From: a virus
Lineage: Duplodnaviria > Caudoviricetes
DNA: 46,712 bases
Reading direction: 5' to 3' (one strand)
Virus record (IMG/VR): IMGVR_UViG_3300024310_000012
Span: 1 to 46,712 of that record
The notes beneath the pieces were generated by a model that saw only the letters and a list, made by a program, of their open reading frames with translations, was not told where the DNA came from and did no database searches. Positions 36,563-44,778 of the stretch are shown piece by piece. A program made the position numbers and the translations under genes. Numbering within the stretch: the stretch's first letter is position 1; each line of letters starts with the position of its first letter.

Positions 36563-36770
36563 GGGCGAAAAGTTTTTCGCCCTGAGGAAAATGAAACGGC
36601 CCCGCCGGGAATGATAGCGGGGCCGCTCAAGACGCTTGACACCGGGCAAGGTCGTGTCGCAGCATCGGCCCTATCGTCAACGGGGTGTGCAGCCCCTCGG
36701 ACAGGTGCATCATGGCAAATATCCCCATCGAGGCAAAAGGTCAAGGTCTAGGGCGAAACTCGTTTCGCCC
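36563..36770. promoter_or_regulatory. Two 20-bp operator-like palindromes GGGCGAAA-N4-TTTCGCCC
   Basis: 36563-36582 and 36751-36770, flanking the divergence point between late and + strand genes. Confidence 0.6.
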
Positions 36771-36966
36771 GAACTCGCCGATAACGAGGGAGAGCCGGTC
36801 GCTGGCCGAGGTCGAGAGGCAGGAGCAGCTGTGCCCGGTCTGCGGCAAGCCCATCACCCACGCCTCCTGGGCCGTCATCCCCTGGCCCTACTGGTCCGCC
36901 GCGAACCGCGGTCACGCCAATTTCCGGCCGCACGAACTCGTGTTCAAGCCGCGGACCGCGACGTGA
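36712..36966 (+). CDS. Hypothetical protein with CPVCG zinc-knuckle
   Basis: AGGT SD-like sequence before ATG 36712; GTGA coupling to the next ORF. Confidence 0.5.
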   Translation: MANIPIEAKGQGLGRNSFRPNSPITRESRSLAEVERQEQLCPVCGKPITHASWAVIPWPYWSAANRGHANFRPHELVFKPRTAT

Positions 36967-37202
36967 CCGACGCTGAACGCGAGGCGCAGATACGCCAATT
37001 CAATCAGAGCGACGTAGAGCAGCGTCGTTCGGTATCATCTAGCACGGCTGCGTTTTTGCTACGCCTCCTCGATGAGGCCCGCGCCGAGATCGCCCGGCTG
37101 CGCGCTGATGCCAACGACATCGAGGTAAACTATGCGCGGGAACTTTCCAGACTGAAGGCCAAGATCACCCGGCTGAACTCGCAGCGGAGGATCGCGACGT
37201 GA
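36963..37202 (+). CDS. Hypothetical coiled-coil protein
   Basis: GTGA overlaps at both ends; LL.LLDEARAEIARLRA. Confidence 0.6.
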   Translation: MTDAEREAQIRQFNQSDVEQRRSVSSSTAAFLLRLLDEARAEIARLRADANDIEVNYARELSRLKAKITRLNSQRRIAT

Positions 37203-38419
37203 ACCGCATCATCGTCGGCGATGCGCTCGGCGAGCTATCGAAGCTGCCGGCCGAGAGCGTGCATTGCTGCGTGACCTCGCCGCCCTACTACGGGCTGCGG
37301 GATTATGGAGTTGCCGGTCAGCTAGGTCTCGAGGCGACGCCGGACGAGTACGTAGCGGCGATGGTCGGGGTGTTCCGCGAGGTGCGGCGGGTGCTCCGGC
37401 GCGACGGGACGCTCTGGCTCAACATTGGCGACAGCTACGCGAGCGGCGGCCGAAAGACGCGCGACCCAGGACAGAGCAAGATTCATCCGGCGTTCAAGGG
37501 CGACGCCTACAGCGAGGGGCTGCGACCCGCCGATCCCGATGGTGTGAAGCCGAAGGATTTGCTTGGCATTCCCTGGATGCTGGCGTTCGCGCTGCGGGCC
37601 GATGGGTGGTGGCTGCGCCAGGACATCATCTGGGCGAAGCCAAACCCGATGCCCGAGAGCGTCACCGACCGCTGCACCAAGGCGCACGAATACCTGTTTT
37701 TGCTGTCGAAGTCCGAGCGGTACTATTTTGACACGGCCGCAATTGCAGAGGCGGTCAGCGAGAACACGAACCCGCGCATCTCAAAGTCCGAGATCGAACG
37801 CATCACGGCCGAGCGGGAGGCTGGCGCAAACAGCTCGGTCGGGATGGGGCCGGCGCGGAAGACGCACGCGCAAGACGGCATGGTAAAGGCCAACGACAGC
37901 TATCAGAACGCCGTCTGCCTACCGGTCTCATCCCGCAACAAGCGCTCGGTCTGGACGGTAGCAACCGCCCCGTTCGCCGAGGCCCACTTCGCCACCTTCC
38001 CACCCGCTCTCGTCGAGCCGTGCATCCTCGCTGGCACCTCAGCACACGGCGTCTGCCCGGCGTGTGGAGCGCCGTGGGTGCGGGAAGTCGAGCGGAAAGC
38101 CTACGGCGACAAGAGCGGCCCCGGCGCGCGCTCGCTGGAAAAGGGTTTCACGCGAAACGCGATGGGCGGGCAGAAGGAATGGGACGCCTACGAGCCGCCG
38201 CGCACTATCGGCTGGTCGCCCTCGTGCCGCTGCGACCAGCGCCCGGCGCGGCCCGCCACCGTCCTCGACCCCTTCCTCGGCGCCGGCACCACCGCCCTCG
38301 TCGCCGACCGTCTCGGCCGTTCAGCCATCGGCATCGAACTCAACCCCGCCTACGCCAAAATGGCCCGCCGCCGCCTCGCCAGCGACGCCGGCCTTTTCTT
38401 CCAAGCCGCAGCCGACTAA
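37199..38419 (+). CDS. DNA methyltransferase, N4-C/N6-A beta class
   Basis: VTSPPY, LWLNIGDSY, IIWAKPNPMPES..DR.TKAHEY, HFATFP, VLDPF.GAGTT, GIELN; CPAC/CRC insertion. Confidence 0.95.
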   Translation: MNRIIVGDALGELSKLPAESVHCCVTSPPYYGLRDYGVAGQLGLEATPDEYVAAMVGVFREVRRVLRRDGTLWLNIGDSYASGGRKTRDPGQSKIHPAFKGDAYSEGLRPADPDGVKPKDLLGIPWMLAFALRADGWWLRQDIIWAKPNPMPESVTDRCTKAHEYLFLLSKSERYYFDTAAIAEAVSENTNPRISKSEIERITAEREAGANSSVGMGPARKTHAQDGMVKANDSYQNAVCLPVSSRNKRSVWTVATAPFAEAHFATFPPALVEPCILAGTSAHGVCPACGAPWVREVERKAYGDKSGPGARSLEKGFTRNAMGGQKEWDAYEPPRTIGWSPSCRCDQRPARPATVLDPFLGAGTTALVADRLGRSAIGIELNPAYAKMARRRLASDAGLFFQAAAD

Positions 38420-39160
38420 TGTGGTTCCGCATCATCCTCGCCGCAGAGTGCGCGCTCGTCACTTTCATGATACAACTGCCGTGAATAGGCCCCGTAGCGG
38501 CTAACCCACACGCACGATCCGGGACAACACCCCCGGTCCGCAGGGACGCCGCCGCCCATAAGGGCGCGCCAAACCAAGAAAACACCCGCCTACTCCTTTC
38601 ACCGTTGACGGGAAAGGGGGGGGTTGGGGGGGTATGGGCACGCAACGTGACCCCTCTGCCACCCGAGGCAGAGCGCGCCAGCGCGGAGCGAGCGCCTCCA
38701 ACAGCGACGGGGGGCCGATTTCCAAAAAATCGCGCCGACTTCCGGGAGGGGGGGTAAATTTCGCGTCCCCCGCCCCGAACCCCCGGCGTTTCCCCGAACG
38801 ACGGCCTGCGACATAGCGCCGCAGCTCAGACGGCAGAACATCTGCTAACATCGCTCCGCTTACAAGGCGCGCCTCTCTCCACTCAGCAGCTCGCAACAGA
38901 AGCCCCAGGCTCGTTCCCCTGGGGCTTCGAGCGTTTCTGCGGCGCTCGATCGCTCGCCGGCCTGTACCCATGCTTCAGCCCACAGTCTGCAGCTCGACGG
39001 CAGCTGCGACAGCGACGTTTAAACGGGCCGCAGCGAGAGCGTCATGAGCAGCGTTCATGCTGGTGGACGCGGTATATGAATACCGTTCATCGAGCACCGT
39101 CACGAGAGATGCGTATCTACAATGTATATCCGCGCCGAGGCGTTTAAACGGGCTGCTGCA

Positions 39161-39197
39161 TTTCCCTGTTGACAACATTCCCACGATAGAGAAATAT
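39161..39197 (+). promoter_or_regulatory. Putative early sigma70 promoter
   Basis: TTGACA (39169)-N17-AAATAT; shares TTTCCCTRTTGACA with 44741-44754. Confidence 0.55.
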
Positions 39198-39227
39198 GTG
39201 GTTGTGCAACACGGGGAGTTGGATGAA

Positions 39228-39503
39228 ATGACAGAATTTACAGACGCGGACTACCCGACGCGCGGTTATAGCGTTGAGCAACCGACGATCCTAGAGACCA
39301 AGCTTACGGGGTGGTGTGCGACGGTTCGCTTTAAGCGGGCTGGGCATCGCTACGAGATTAAATTCATTACCTTGCAGGCTCCCCGGTGCCTGCGCGACGA
39401 CAGGCCGATAGCGTGGGAACGCCTGAACTCCAAGGCGCAGGCGACAGCGCACAAGGCGGCCGACTTTCTGAGCGCAGCGGCAAAGCTGTCGCGGGAGGCC
39501 TGA
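39228..39503 (+). CDS. Hypothetical early protein
   Basis: GGGGAG SD downstream of the promoter. Confidence 0.6.
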   Translation: MTEFTDADYPTRGYSVEQPTILETKLTGWCATVRFKRAGHRYEIKFITLQAPRCLRDDRPIAWERLNSKAQATAHKAADFLSAAAKLSREA

Positions 39504-39506
39504 GCG

Positions 39507-39974
39507 ATGGCGATCAACCAGACGGGGCTGGGGCCGATCTCGTGGGAAACGAAGTCGGCGCGTGTGGTGTCGGGGCGCGACATCGGGAAGACCGAGTGCC
39601 GGCTGGCGACGGAGGAAGAGCGCTGGCGGTATGGGGTCGAGCGGCGGCGGATAGGGTCCAAGTGGGCGCCGCAGCAACGGACGCCGCACTATCCCACGCC
39701 GGAGCCTTACGTGTACCGCCGGCAGCCGCAATCGCTGGCCTGGCGCAACAGCGACAGCGATATTGAGCGGATCACCAAGGCGTATCACACCTGGCTCGAC
39801 AGCAGGCAATCGGAGGCGTTTAAACGGCCCGCGGTGGTCGAGGGTCGGAAGACGCGGCTGATCAAATGCGCTTGCCAGGCTTGTGGTTACATTGTGCGGA
39901 CGGCCCGGGTATGGATTGACGACAAGGGCGCGCCGCATTGCCCGGACCACGGGCAAATGACCGTTTCCGCTTAA
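39507..39974 (+). CDS. Hypothetical protein with C-terminal zinc ribbon
   Basis: TRLIKC.C..CGY.VRT...WI...G.P.CP.H, a motif seen at the end of phage SprT-like proteins; no HExxH here. Confidence 0.65.
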   Translation: MAINQTGLGPISWETKSARVVSGRDIGKTECRLATEEERWRYGVERRRIGSKWAPQQRTPHYPTPEPYVYRRQPQSLAWRNSDSDIERITKAYHTWLDSRQSEAFKRPAVVEGRKTRLIKCACQACGYIVRTARVWIDDKGAPHCPDHGQMTVSA

Positions 39975-39993
39975 CCGATAGGAGGATAGGACG

Positions 39994-40623
39994 ATGACTG
40001 AAATCAACGACATCTGGAAGTTCGATCTACGCAAAGGCAACAGCGACGACCCGCGCGAGGGCGCATGCCTGCTCGATGCGGTGTCCTGGCTGGAATATGG
40101 CACGCTGGGCGATCACCCGGCTTGCGTGTGCCCGGTCATCGCCGCGTTTGGGCGCGGCATCAATGACGCGATGAGCGACGAGGGACGGCAGCGGCTCAAG
40201 CTGTACATCCCGCGTCTTGTCGGCACGGTTGATCCCGCACACGAGCAGGAACGAGCCGAGTATCTCGCATGGCAGGCGATCCGTGTCTTTGCGCCCATCG
40301 CGCTTGATGCTGCCGGTCTACACGAGCACGCAAGCCATCTGCGAAACTTCGCCGGCTCACTAGAGGCGGCGGCGGCGGCGGCGGCGGATGCGGCGGCGGC
40401 GGAGGCGGCGTGGGCGGCGGCGTGGGCGGCGGCGGCGGCGGCGGAGGCGGCGTGGGCGGCGGCGGCGGCGGAGGCGGCGCGGACGGCGGCGCGGACGGCG
40501 GCGGCGGAAGATGCCATGCTCGCCGCGCTTGATGGCGTTCTTGCTATCGGACGCCAAGCTGAGCCGATCGAGCCCGCGCGCTTTGCAACGGCCGTCCGCC
40601 TGTTCGAGGCGGCCCGCGGCTGA
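39994..40623 (+). CDS. Phage hypothetical protein with Ala-rich (AAW/AAE) tandem repeat
   Basis: AGGAGG SD; GAC.L.AVS.....DHP.CV.PV...F....ND.M...RQ.L...IPRL.GT. Confidence 0.8.
   Translation: MTEINDIWKFDLRKGNSDDPREGACLLDAVSWLEYGTLGDHPACVCPVIAAFGRGINDAMSDEGRQRLKLYIPRLVGTVDPAHEQERAEYLAWQAIRVFAPIALDAAGLHEHASHLRNFAGSLEAAAAAAADAAAAEAAWAAAWAAAAAAEAAWAAAAAEAARTAARTAAAEDAMLAALDGVLAIGRQAEPIEPARFATAVRLFEAARG
40366..40506 (+). repeat. GCG-based degenerate trinucleotide repeat
   Basis: Runs of gcg interrupted by gag, tgg, gat and cgg acg codons. Confidence 0.9.
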
Positions 40624-41207
40624 TGATCTGCGGCGCTCGGCTGCGAGGGCGCGGCAAGGGCGGGGCGTTCTGCCGCCGGCACGCCGTGAAGGGACGCCGC
40701 CGCTGCATCAAGCACGGCGGCGATCCTCGCAAATGGAACCATGCCGCATTCCGCGAGGGTGGCGCGAAACCGTGGGGACCGGCACAATGGAAGCCGCTCT
40801 ACCGCATGCAGGCAATCCGCAAATCCCTCGGCCTGCCGTGGTTTGGCGGGAGACCTAAAACAAAGGCAACCCTGACAATGGCTGACAAAGCGATCGCGGT
40901 CGCGAATGAGATTTTAGAGCTTCTGCCGGAGCCGCGCGACGTGCCTGACGGTGAGAAGGGCTCCGCCGAGCTTCTCGGCGAGGGCGTGCGCAACGGGTTG
41001 CTCCTGACGCGCGATACCGTTCTGCTGGGGCGCGATCTGCTGGCACGCGATGGCGAATTCGTGAACCTGAAGTTTTTGGGGGCGGCGAACATCACGGCGT
41101 TGGGCCTGGTGAAGCTCGGGCTGAAGGCGTCCGAGACCGGCAGCCGCAACGACATTATCGGCAAGCTGATTGCCGCCATCGAGGCGGAGAAGGCAGGTGC
41201 AAAATGA
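40623..41207 (+). CDS. HGGxSTG-like zinc domain protein, candidate terminase small subunit
   Basis: ICGA....G..CRR.AV.G..RC..HGG N-terminus and helical C-terminus. Confidence 0.55.
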   Translation: MICGARLRGRGKGGAFCRRHAVKGRRRCIKHGGDPRKWNHAAFREGGAKPWGPAQWKPLYRMQAIRKSLGLPWFGGRPKTKATLTMADKAIAVANEILELLPEPRDVPDGEKGSAELLGEGVRNGLLLTRDTVLLGRDLLARDGEFVNLKFLGAANITALGLVKLGLKASETGSRNDIIGKLIAAIEAEKAGAK

Positions 41208-41416
41208 CCGATCTCGAAAAGATGCGGGGATTGAGCGATGCCTACGTTGCCGCGATCGGCGAAATCATGTTGGAGGCGGATGAAGGCGCTGCCATTACGT
41301 TTGGAGCGCTTGGCATGGCTATGGGAAGATTTCTCCGCGCCTGGATAGCCCAAGGCGGTCGGACCGACCTGTGGATCGAGGCGCTGAAGGACGACGTCCG
41401 ATCGGCGGGTCATTGA
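41204..41416 (+). CDS. Hypothetical protein
   Basis: ATGA coupling. Confidence 0.6.
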   Translation: MTDLEKMRGLSDAYVAAIGEIMLEADEGAAITFGALGMAMGRFLRAWIAQGGRTDLWIEALKDDVRSAGH

Positions 41417-41452
41417 TGACCGCGCTTCTGATCTGGCTCGGGCTTGCCGCGC

Positions 41453-41656
41453 CTATCGTGGCGGCGCTGGCCGTGGCGTGGCGCGATACGGCTCCTCCTC
41501 GGCTGCGCTGATTCCGAGGATGATCTGCAGCCGGCGCAAGCGATGCGCTTCCTGCGGATCGTGATGCTCGCGAATGGCAAGCAACTCGGCGACGCGGCGG
41601 CGATAGCCGCCCTCATACTCGCGTATCGCCGCGCGCTCCTCCTCATCCTCGGTCAT
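41453..41656 (-). CDS. Hypothetical protein with EERAAI.EY.GG motif
   Basis: Motif often seen near phage replication genes; GAGG SD. Confidence 0.6.
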   Translation of the reverse strand: MTEDEEERAAIREYEGGYRRRVAELLAIREHHDPQEAHRLRRLQIILGISAAEEEPYRATPRPAPPR

Positions 41657-42041
41657 CAAAGTGCCTCTTTGCCGCGCGCAACTCGGTGGCATGTTCCTGC
41701 TGCCATTTCAACCCCTCGGCATACCGCGCCTCGTTGCGCTCAATAGCATCCTGCCGCTCAAGCCAGGACGCCCAGCCAAGCGAGCGAGCCCATTCCTCGC
41801 GGTCCCTATCGGTCGCCGGATTGCCCTTGCCTTCACGCTTGCGCTTCTCGAAAACATCGGCGAGGTCCGCGTTATACCAAACCCCCGTTGGGTCAGGCGG
41901 CGACGTGGTGTCGTAAATGCCGAGGAAAACCCGGCGGAACGCATATACATCAGCGTGCCATTCCCATTTCTCGGCGATGGATAAGGTCGAGTAGCTCCTC
42001 GACCGAGGGCGGGGGTCCATCAGGGCCGGCAACTTTTCCAT
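41643..42041 (-). CDS. Hypothetical protein downstream of the replication initiator (start uncertain)
   Basis: Protein-like composition; overlaps the initiator 3' end. Confidence 0.55.
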   Translation of the reverse strand: MEKLPALMDPRPRSRSYSTLSIAEKWEWHADVYAFRRVFLGIYDTTSPPDPTGVWYNADLADVFEKRKREGKGNPATDRDREEWARSLGWASWLERQDAIERNEARYAEGLKWQQEHATELRAAKRHFDDRG

Positions 42042-42693
42042 TCGGTAACGCTCCTATCGTTGATTCGTGATCGTCCATCCAGCGCTTGCCATTCAGCCAA
42101 GCGCTCGGATGCTTGATGAACTGCTTATCGGTGCCGAGCGCGATACACTCGGCAACATAGCGATCGCGCCCCTCGGTCAATTCCTTGATGCTCGCCAGCT
42201 TGCGAGCCCGAGGCCAAGCCTTCTCTGCGGCCTCTCGACCGACATGCCGGGGATACCCCCCATACCATTCGACAAACCCCTCAAGGTCTACCCCCCGCTT
42301 GCGGGGGGTTATAGGGGGTCTTTCTTCTAATGATGGTTCTATTGAAGGTTCTGTGTCGGCTGAGCCGACAGGGGGTGTCGCCTGAGCCGACACGCCTGTC
42401 GGATTTACCGACAGGGGGTGTCGGATTTCCCGACACTGTAGAAAATAACGGTTTGTTTGCTGTCCGGTGCCATTAAAGCGGTTCTCGCGTCGGACCAAGC
42501 CAAGCTCGACGAGCTTCTTGACCTGCTCGTTGACGGTCTGTCGCGATAACCCGCAATCGGCGGCGATGCGCCCTTGGGACGGCCAGCACTCGCCCTCATC
42601 GTTGGCGTGGTCGGCGAGCTTGAGAAGCACCAGCTTTGCCGATGGCGTGGGGCAGGGCGTATCGAACGCCCATGTCATTGCCCTGATGCTCAC
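41950..42693 (-). CDS. Replication initiator, lambda O-like organisation (HTH_36-type N-terminus)
   Basis: AKLVLL.LADHAN..G.CWPS...IA..CGLSR.TV, F..WY..YPR.VG...A.KAW, IKHPS.WLN..RW.D. Confidence 0.9.
   Translation of the reverse strand: MSIRAMTWAFDTPCPTPSAKLVLLKLADHANDEGECWPSQGRIAADCGLSRQTVNEQVKKLVELGLVRRENRFNGTGQQTNRYFLQCREIRHPLSVNPTGVSAQATPPVGSADTEPSIEPSLEERPPITPRKRGVDLEGFVEWYGGYPRHVGREAAEKAWPRARKLASIKELTEGRDRYVAECIALGTDKQFIKHPSAWLNGKRWMDDHESTIGALPNGKVAGPDGPPPSVEELLDLIHRREMGMAR
42354..42435. repeat. Replication origin iterons: four 17-bp palindromes TGTCG-N7-CGACA
   Basis: Starts at 42354, 42376, 42397 and 42419 (21-22 bp period), in the initiator linker, next to AT-rich tracts. Confidence 0.85.
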
Positions 42694-42846
42694 ATGCGTC
42701 AGCCCTTCAGCCCGAGAGAAGAACGAGCGCGGGCCGAGACCCTTGTGAGGCCGGGGCTGAAGCGGCTGCTGCGGGCAAGAACCTAGAACCGTCGTCCTAG
42801 GCTGGCCCGCGCTCGTCGGGGATTATATGGGATGCGCGGGGCGCGC

Positions 42847-43032
42847 TCAACTCCCATCCGACCAGGAATGGCCTCTTTCCGGGTTGAAAACAGGTCCAAT
42901 GCGCCGGTTCCCATGGCCGAGATTATATCGGCTCATATCGTCTCCGTTCGGAGCGAAGATCAGCTTTGCCGCGTTATCGTCCTGCTTCTCCGAGGTCGGT
43001 TTTGGTGCGACGGCAGGATAGGCATTTTTCAT
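42847..43032 (-). CDS. Hypothetical protein, 61 aa
   Basis: Fills the operon; weak support. Confidence 0.4.
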   Translation of the reverse strand: MKNAYPAVAPKPTSEKQDDNAAKLIFAPNGDDMSRYNLGHGNRRIGPVFNPERGHSWSDGS

Positions 43033-43035
43033 GGA

Positions 43036-43212
43036 TCAAGCCGCGTCGTGGTTTCGCAACCACCAGCGTAGCATATACGCCCGCGCCTCGGCCCAGCTGG
43101 CTTTGCGCGGCCGGATGCCGAGCGCCTCGCACGCCCTCATCGAGCTGACGTGCTTGTGGCGCCAGTAGAGCAGCTGCTCCTCGACGACCTCCCGCGCCTC
43201 GTCCTCAGACAC
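43036..43212 (-). CDS. Hypothetical 58-aa protein, possible HTH (MSEDEAREVVEEQLLYW...RACEALGI)
   Basis: GTG start overlapping the previous stop; below the ORF-track cutoff. Confidence 0.5.
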   Translation of the reverse strand: MSEDEAREVVEEQLLYWRHKHVSSMRACEALGIRPRKASWAEARAYMLRWWLRNHDAA

Positions 43213-44014
43213 CGCACATCCCCAGGCACTCGTTGCCGAACAGGTCGAGCTGCCGGTTGTCCACCGACAGGTCTACCTCGTCGAGCGGGACGCGCTGTGG
43301 GTGCATGAACTCGATCGCCCGCATCCCGCGCGCCTCGCCGAGCCGTAGCGCCTTGTCGGCCGCGACCGCATCGGCCCACTCCTCGGGCTGATTGTCCCGC
43401 ATTCCTCGCCAATGGTCGTTGTCGTGAAAGGGGCACCCGATGCAGGCGGACTTGGCCGGGCGCGGGTAGCCGTGACCATCGAGCCACCGCAGGCACGCCT
43501 GCCGCGTCATTCCCATCTCAATGAGCGGATAGCGGTTGACCATATACCGCTGCCGAGGCTCTCGCATCCGCTGCGCCTCGTCGCGCGAGATGCCGAGCAA
43601 AATCTCGACCGCCCCCGGCGCGATGTGAGCCCGGCCCGGCTTGCCGAGCTTTTCGCGGATCGCGTGCATGATCGGGGTCAGCTTGTATTCGGATGAGCAT
43701 TGCCGCCGACCCATGCCATGCGAACCATCCGGGTTAATCGTATGCCACGGGATAGAGGCGACGCGCCCGACGGTCGTGTTGCGCCGCTCGACCAATCCCT
43801 GCCGGATGTTGCCCTTGGTGACGATCAGAATCTCGAACGGCAAGATCAGGGTCAGCCAGCGGAGATGCCGGTAGACCTCCCGAGGCTCCCATTGCGTGTC
43901 GGCGAAGATCGCCACGTCAGGCATCGGCGCCTCGCCGTGCGCGGCCATCAGCGCAAGCGTCGTGCTCTGTACCCCGGCCCCGAGCGATAGGACGCGCAAC
44001 CTCACATCGGCCAT
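43205..44014 (-). CDS. PP-loop (PAPS-reductase-like / adenine nucleotide alpha hydrolase) protein with Cys cluster
   Basis: VLSLGAGVQST, AIFADTQWEP, RQCS.EYK..PI, GIS.DE..R, YPLI, KSACIGCPF, EC.G.CGV. Confidence 0.85.
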   Translation of the reverse strand: MADVRLRVLSLGAGVQSTTLALMAAHGEAPMPDVAIFADTQWEPREVYRHLRWLTLILPFEILIVTKGNIRQGLVERRNTTVGRVASIPWHTINPDGSHGMGRRQCSSEYKLTPIMHAIREKLGKPGRAHIAPGAVEILLGISRDEAQRMREPRQRYMVNRYPLIEMGMTRQACLRWLDGHGYPRPAKSACIGCPFHDNDHWRGMRDNQPEEWADAVAADKALRLGEARGMRAIEFMHPQRVPLDEVDLSVDNRQLDLFGNECLGMCGV

Positions 44015-44460
44015 ATGCTGACCCTCATCTCGGTCCCCGGCGCGGTGCGGACGATCTCGATCCGGTCCACCCGGTTGTCGTTCTCGATGATGCCGAGGCT
44101 CTGCGCCAGGTCGAGCACCGGCTTGATGTTGTCGAGGTCGCGGTTGCGCGCGAACGGCGCCTCGATCAGGACGCGCAGCCTCCCCTTGAGCGGCACCGGG
44201 CGCTGCGCCTTGACCGCCCAGCCGGCGCTCGTCTGCCAGTTGGCATAGGCAGCCGATTTCCAGCGCCTGCCCTCGTACAGGTTGTTCGTGCTCGGCGAGA
44301 TCGGGAGCGTAAAGCTGCACGCCGGCCCGTCGTCAGGAATGTTTACACGGTCAGGCATCGGCACCCTGAGCCAGCGGACGCGGCGAGTGCCAGGCACGGG
44401 AATATGGTTGACCTGCGTTCCCGCCATCAATGCCCGGAAGGCATCTTCATCGTCACGCAT
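44002..44460 (-). CDS. rusA: RusA-like Holliday junction resolvase
   Basis: LP..PS.NNLY, RD.DN.K...D......IIENDN.V. Confidence 0.85.
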   Translation of the reverse strand: MRDDEDAFRALMAGTQVNHIPVPGTRRVRWLRVPMPDRVNIPDDGPACSFTLPISPSTNNLYEGRRWKSAAYANWQTSAGWAVKAQRPVPLKGRLRVLIEAPFARNRDLDNIKPVLDLAQSLGIIENDNRVDRIEIVRTAPGTEMRVSIWPM

Positions 44461-44728
44461 CTGCCTGCGCCTCCTTCTTGGCGTATTTCCTCGGCTCGAT
44501 CGGGTGCCGCGCCGCCCGCGCCGCGTCGTCGATCAGTGTCTGAACCGGGATGCCGCTGTCTTCGCTAATGCGTTTCAACGCCGTATAGTTGAACCACCTG
44601 ATTTCCTGCGGACGACGACCGATGCCGGCCAATAGCGCGACCGATTTCTTTCCAAGCCTCATGCGGACCGCGTAGGCGTAATACCTCTCGTCCCGCCCGC
44701 GCAGCCATCGTGCGAATGTCGTTTCCAT
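44453..44728 (-). CDS. Putative HTH transcriptional regulator (Cro/CI-like position)
   Basis: First gene leftward of the divergent promoters; ALKRISE.SGIPV..L HTH-like tail. Confidence 0.5.
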   Translation of the reverse strand: METTFARWLRGRDERYYAYAVRMRLGKKSVALLAGIGRRPQEIRWFNYTALKRISEDSGIPVQTLIDDAARAARHPIEPRKYAKKEAQADA

Positions 44729-44734
44729 GCCCCT

Positions 44735-44778
44735 CTCATATTTCCCTATTGACACAATGTCAACCATCGCCGCATATT
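44735..44778. promoter_or_regulatory. Overlapping divergent sigma70 promoters (TTGACA-CAA-TGTCAA palindrome)
   Basis: Plus strand: TTGACA 44749 then (G)CATAT(T); minus strand: TTGACA 44763-N17-TATGAG. Confidence 0.65.

Noticed and set aside
2367-36751. Many long + strand ORFs opposite the structural genes (e.g. 6232-7569, 24657-26108, 34779-35915)
   Set aside because: Arg/Pro-rich shadow frames expected in high-GC DNA, with no motifs or SD; only 18120-19313 has family motifs.
43205-44014. Dnd phosphorothioation or sulfate assimilation system
   Set aside because: No dndA/B/D/E or cys partner genes in the genome.
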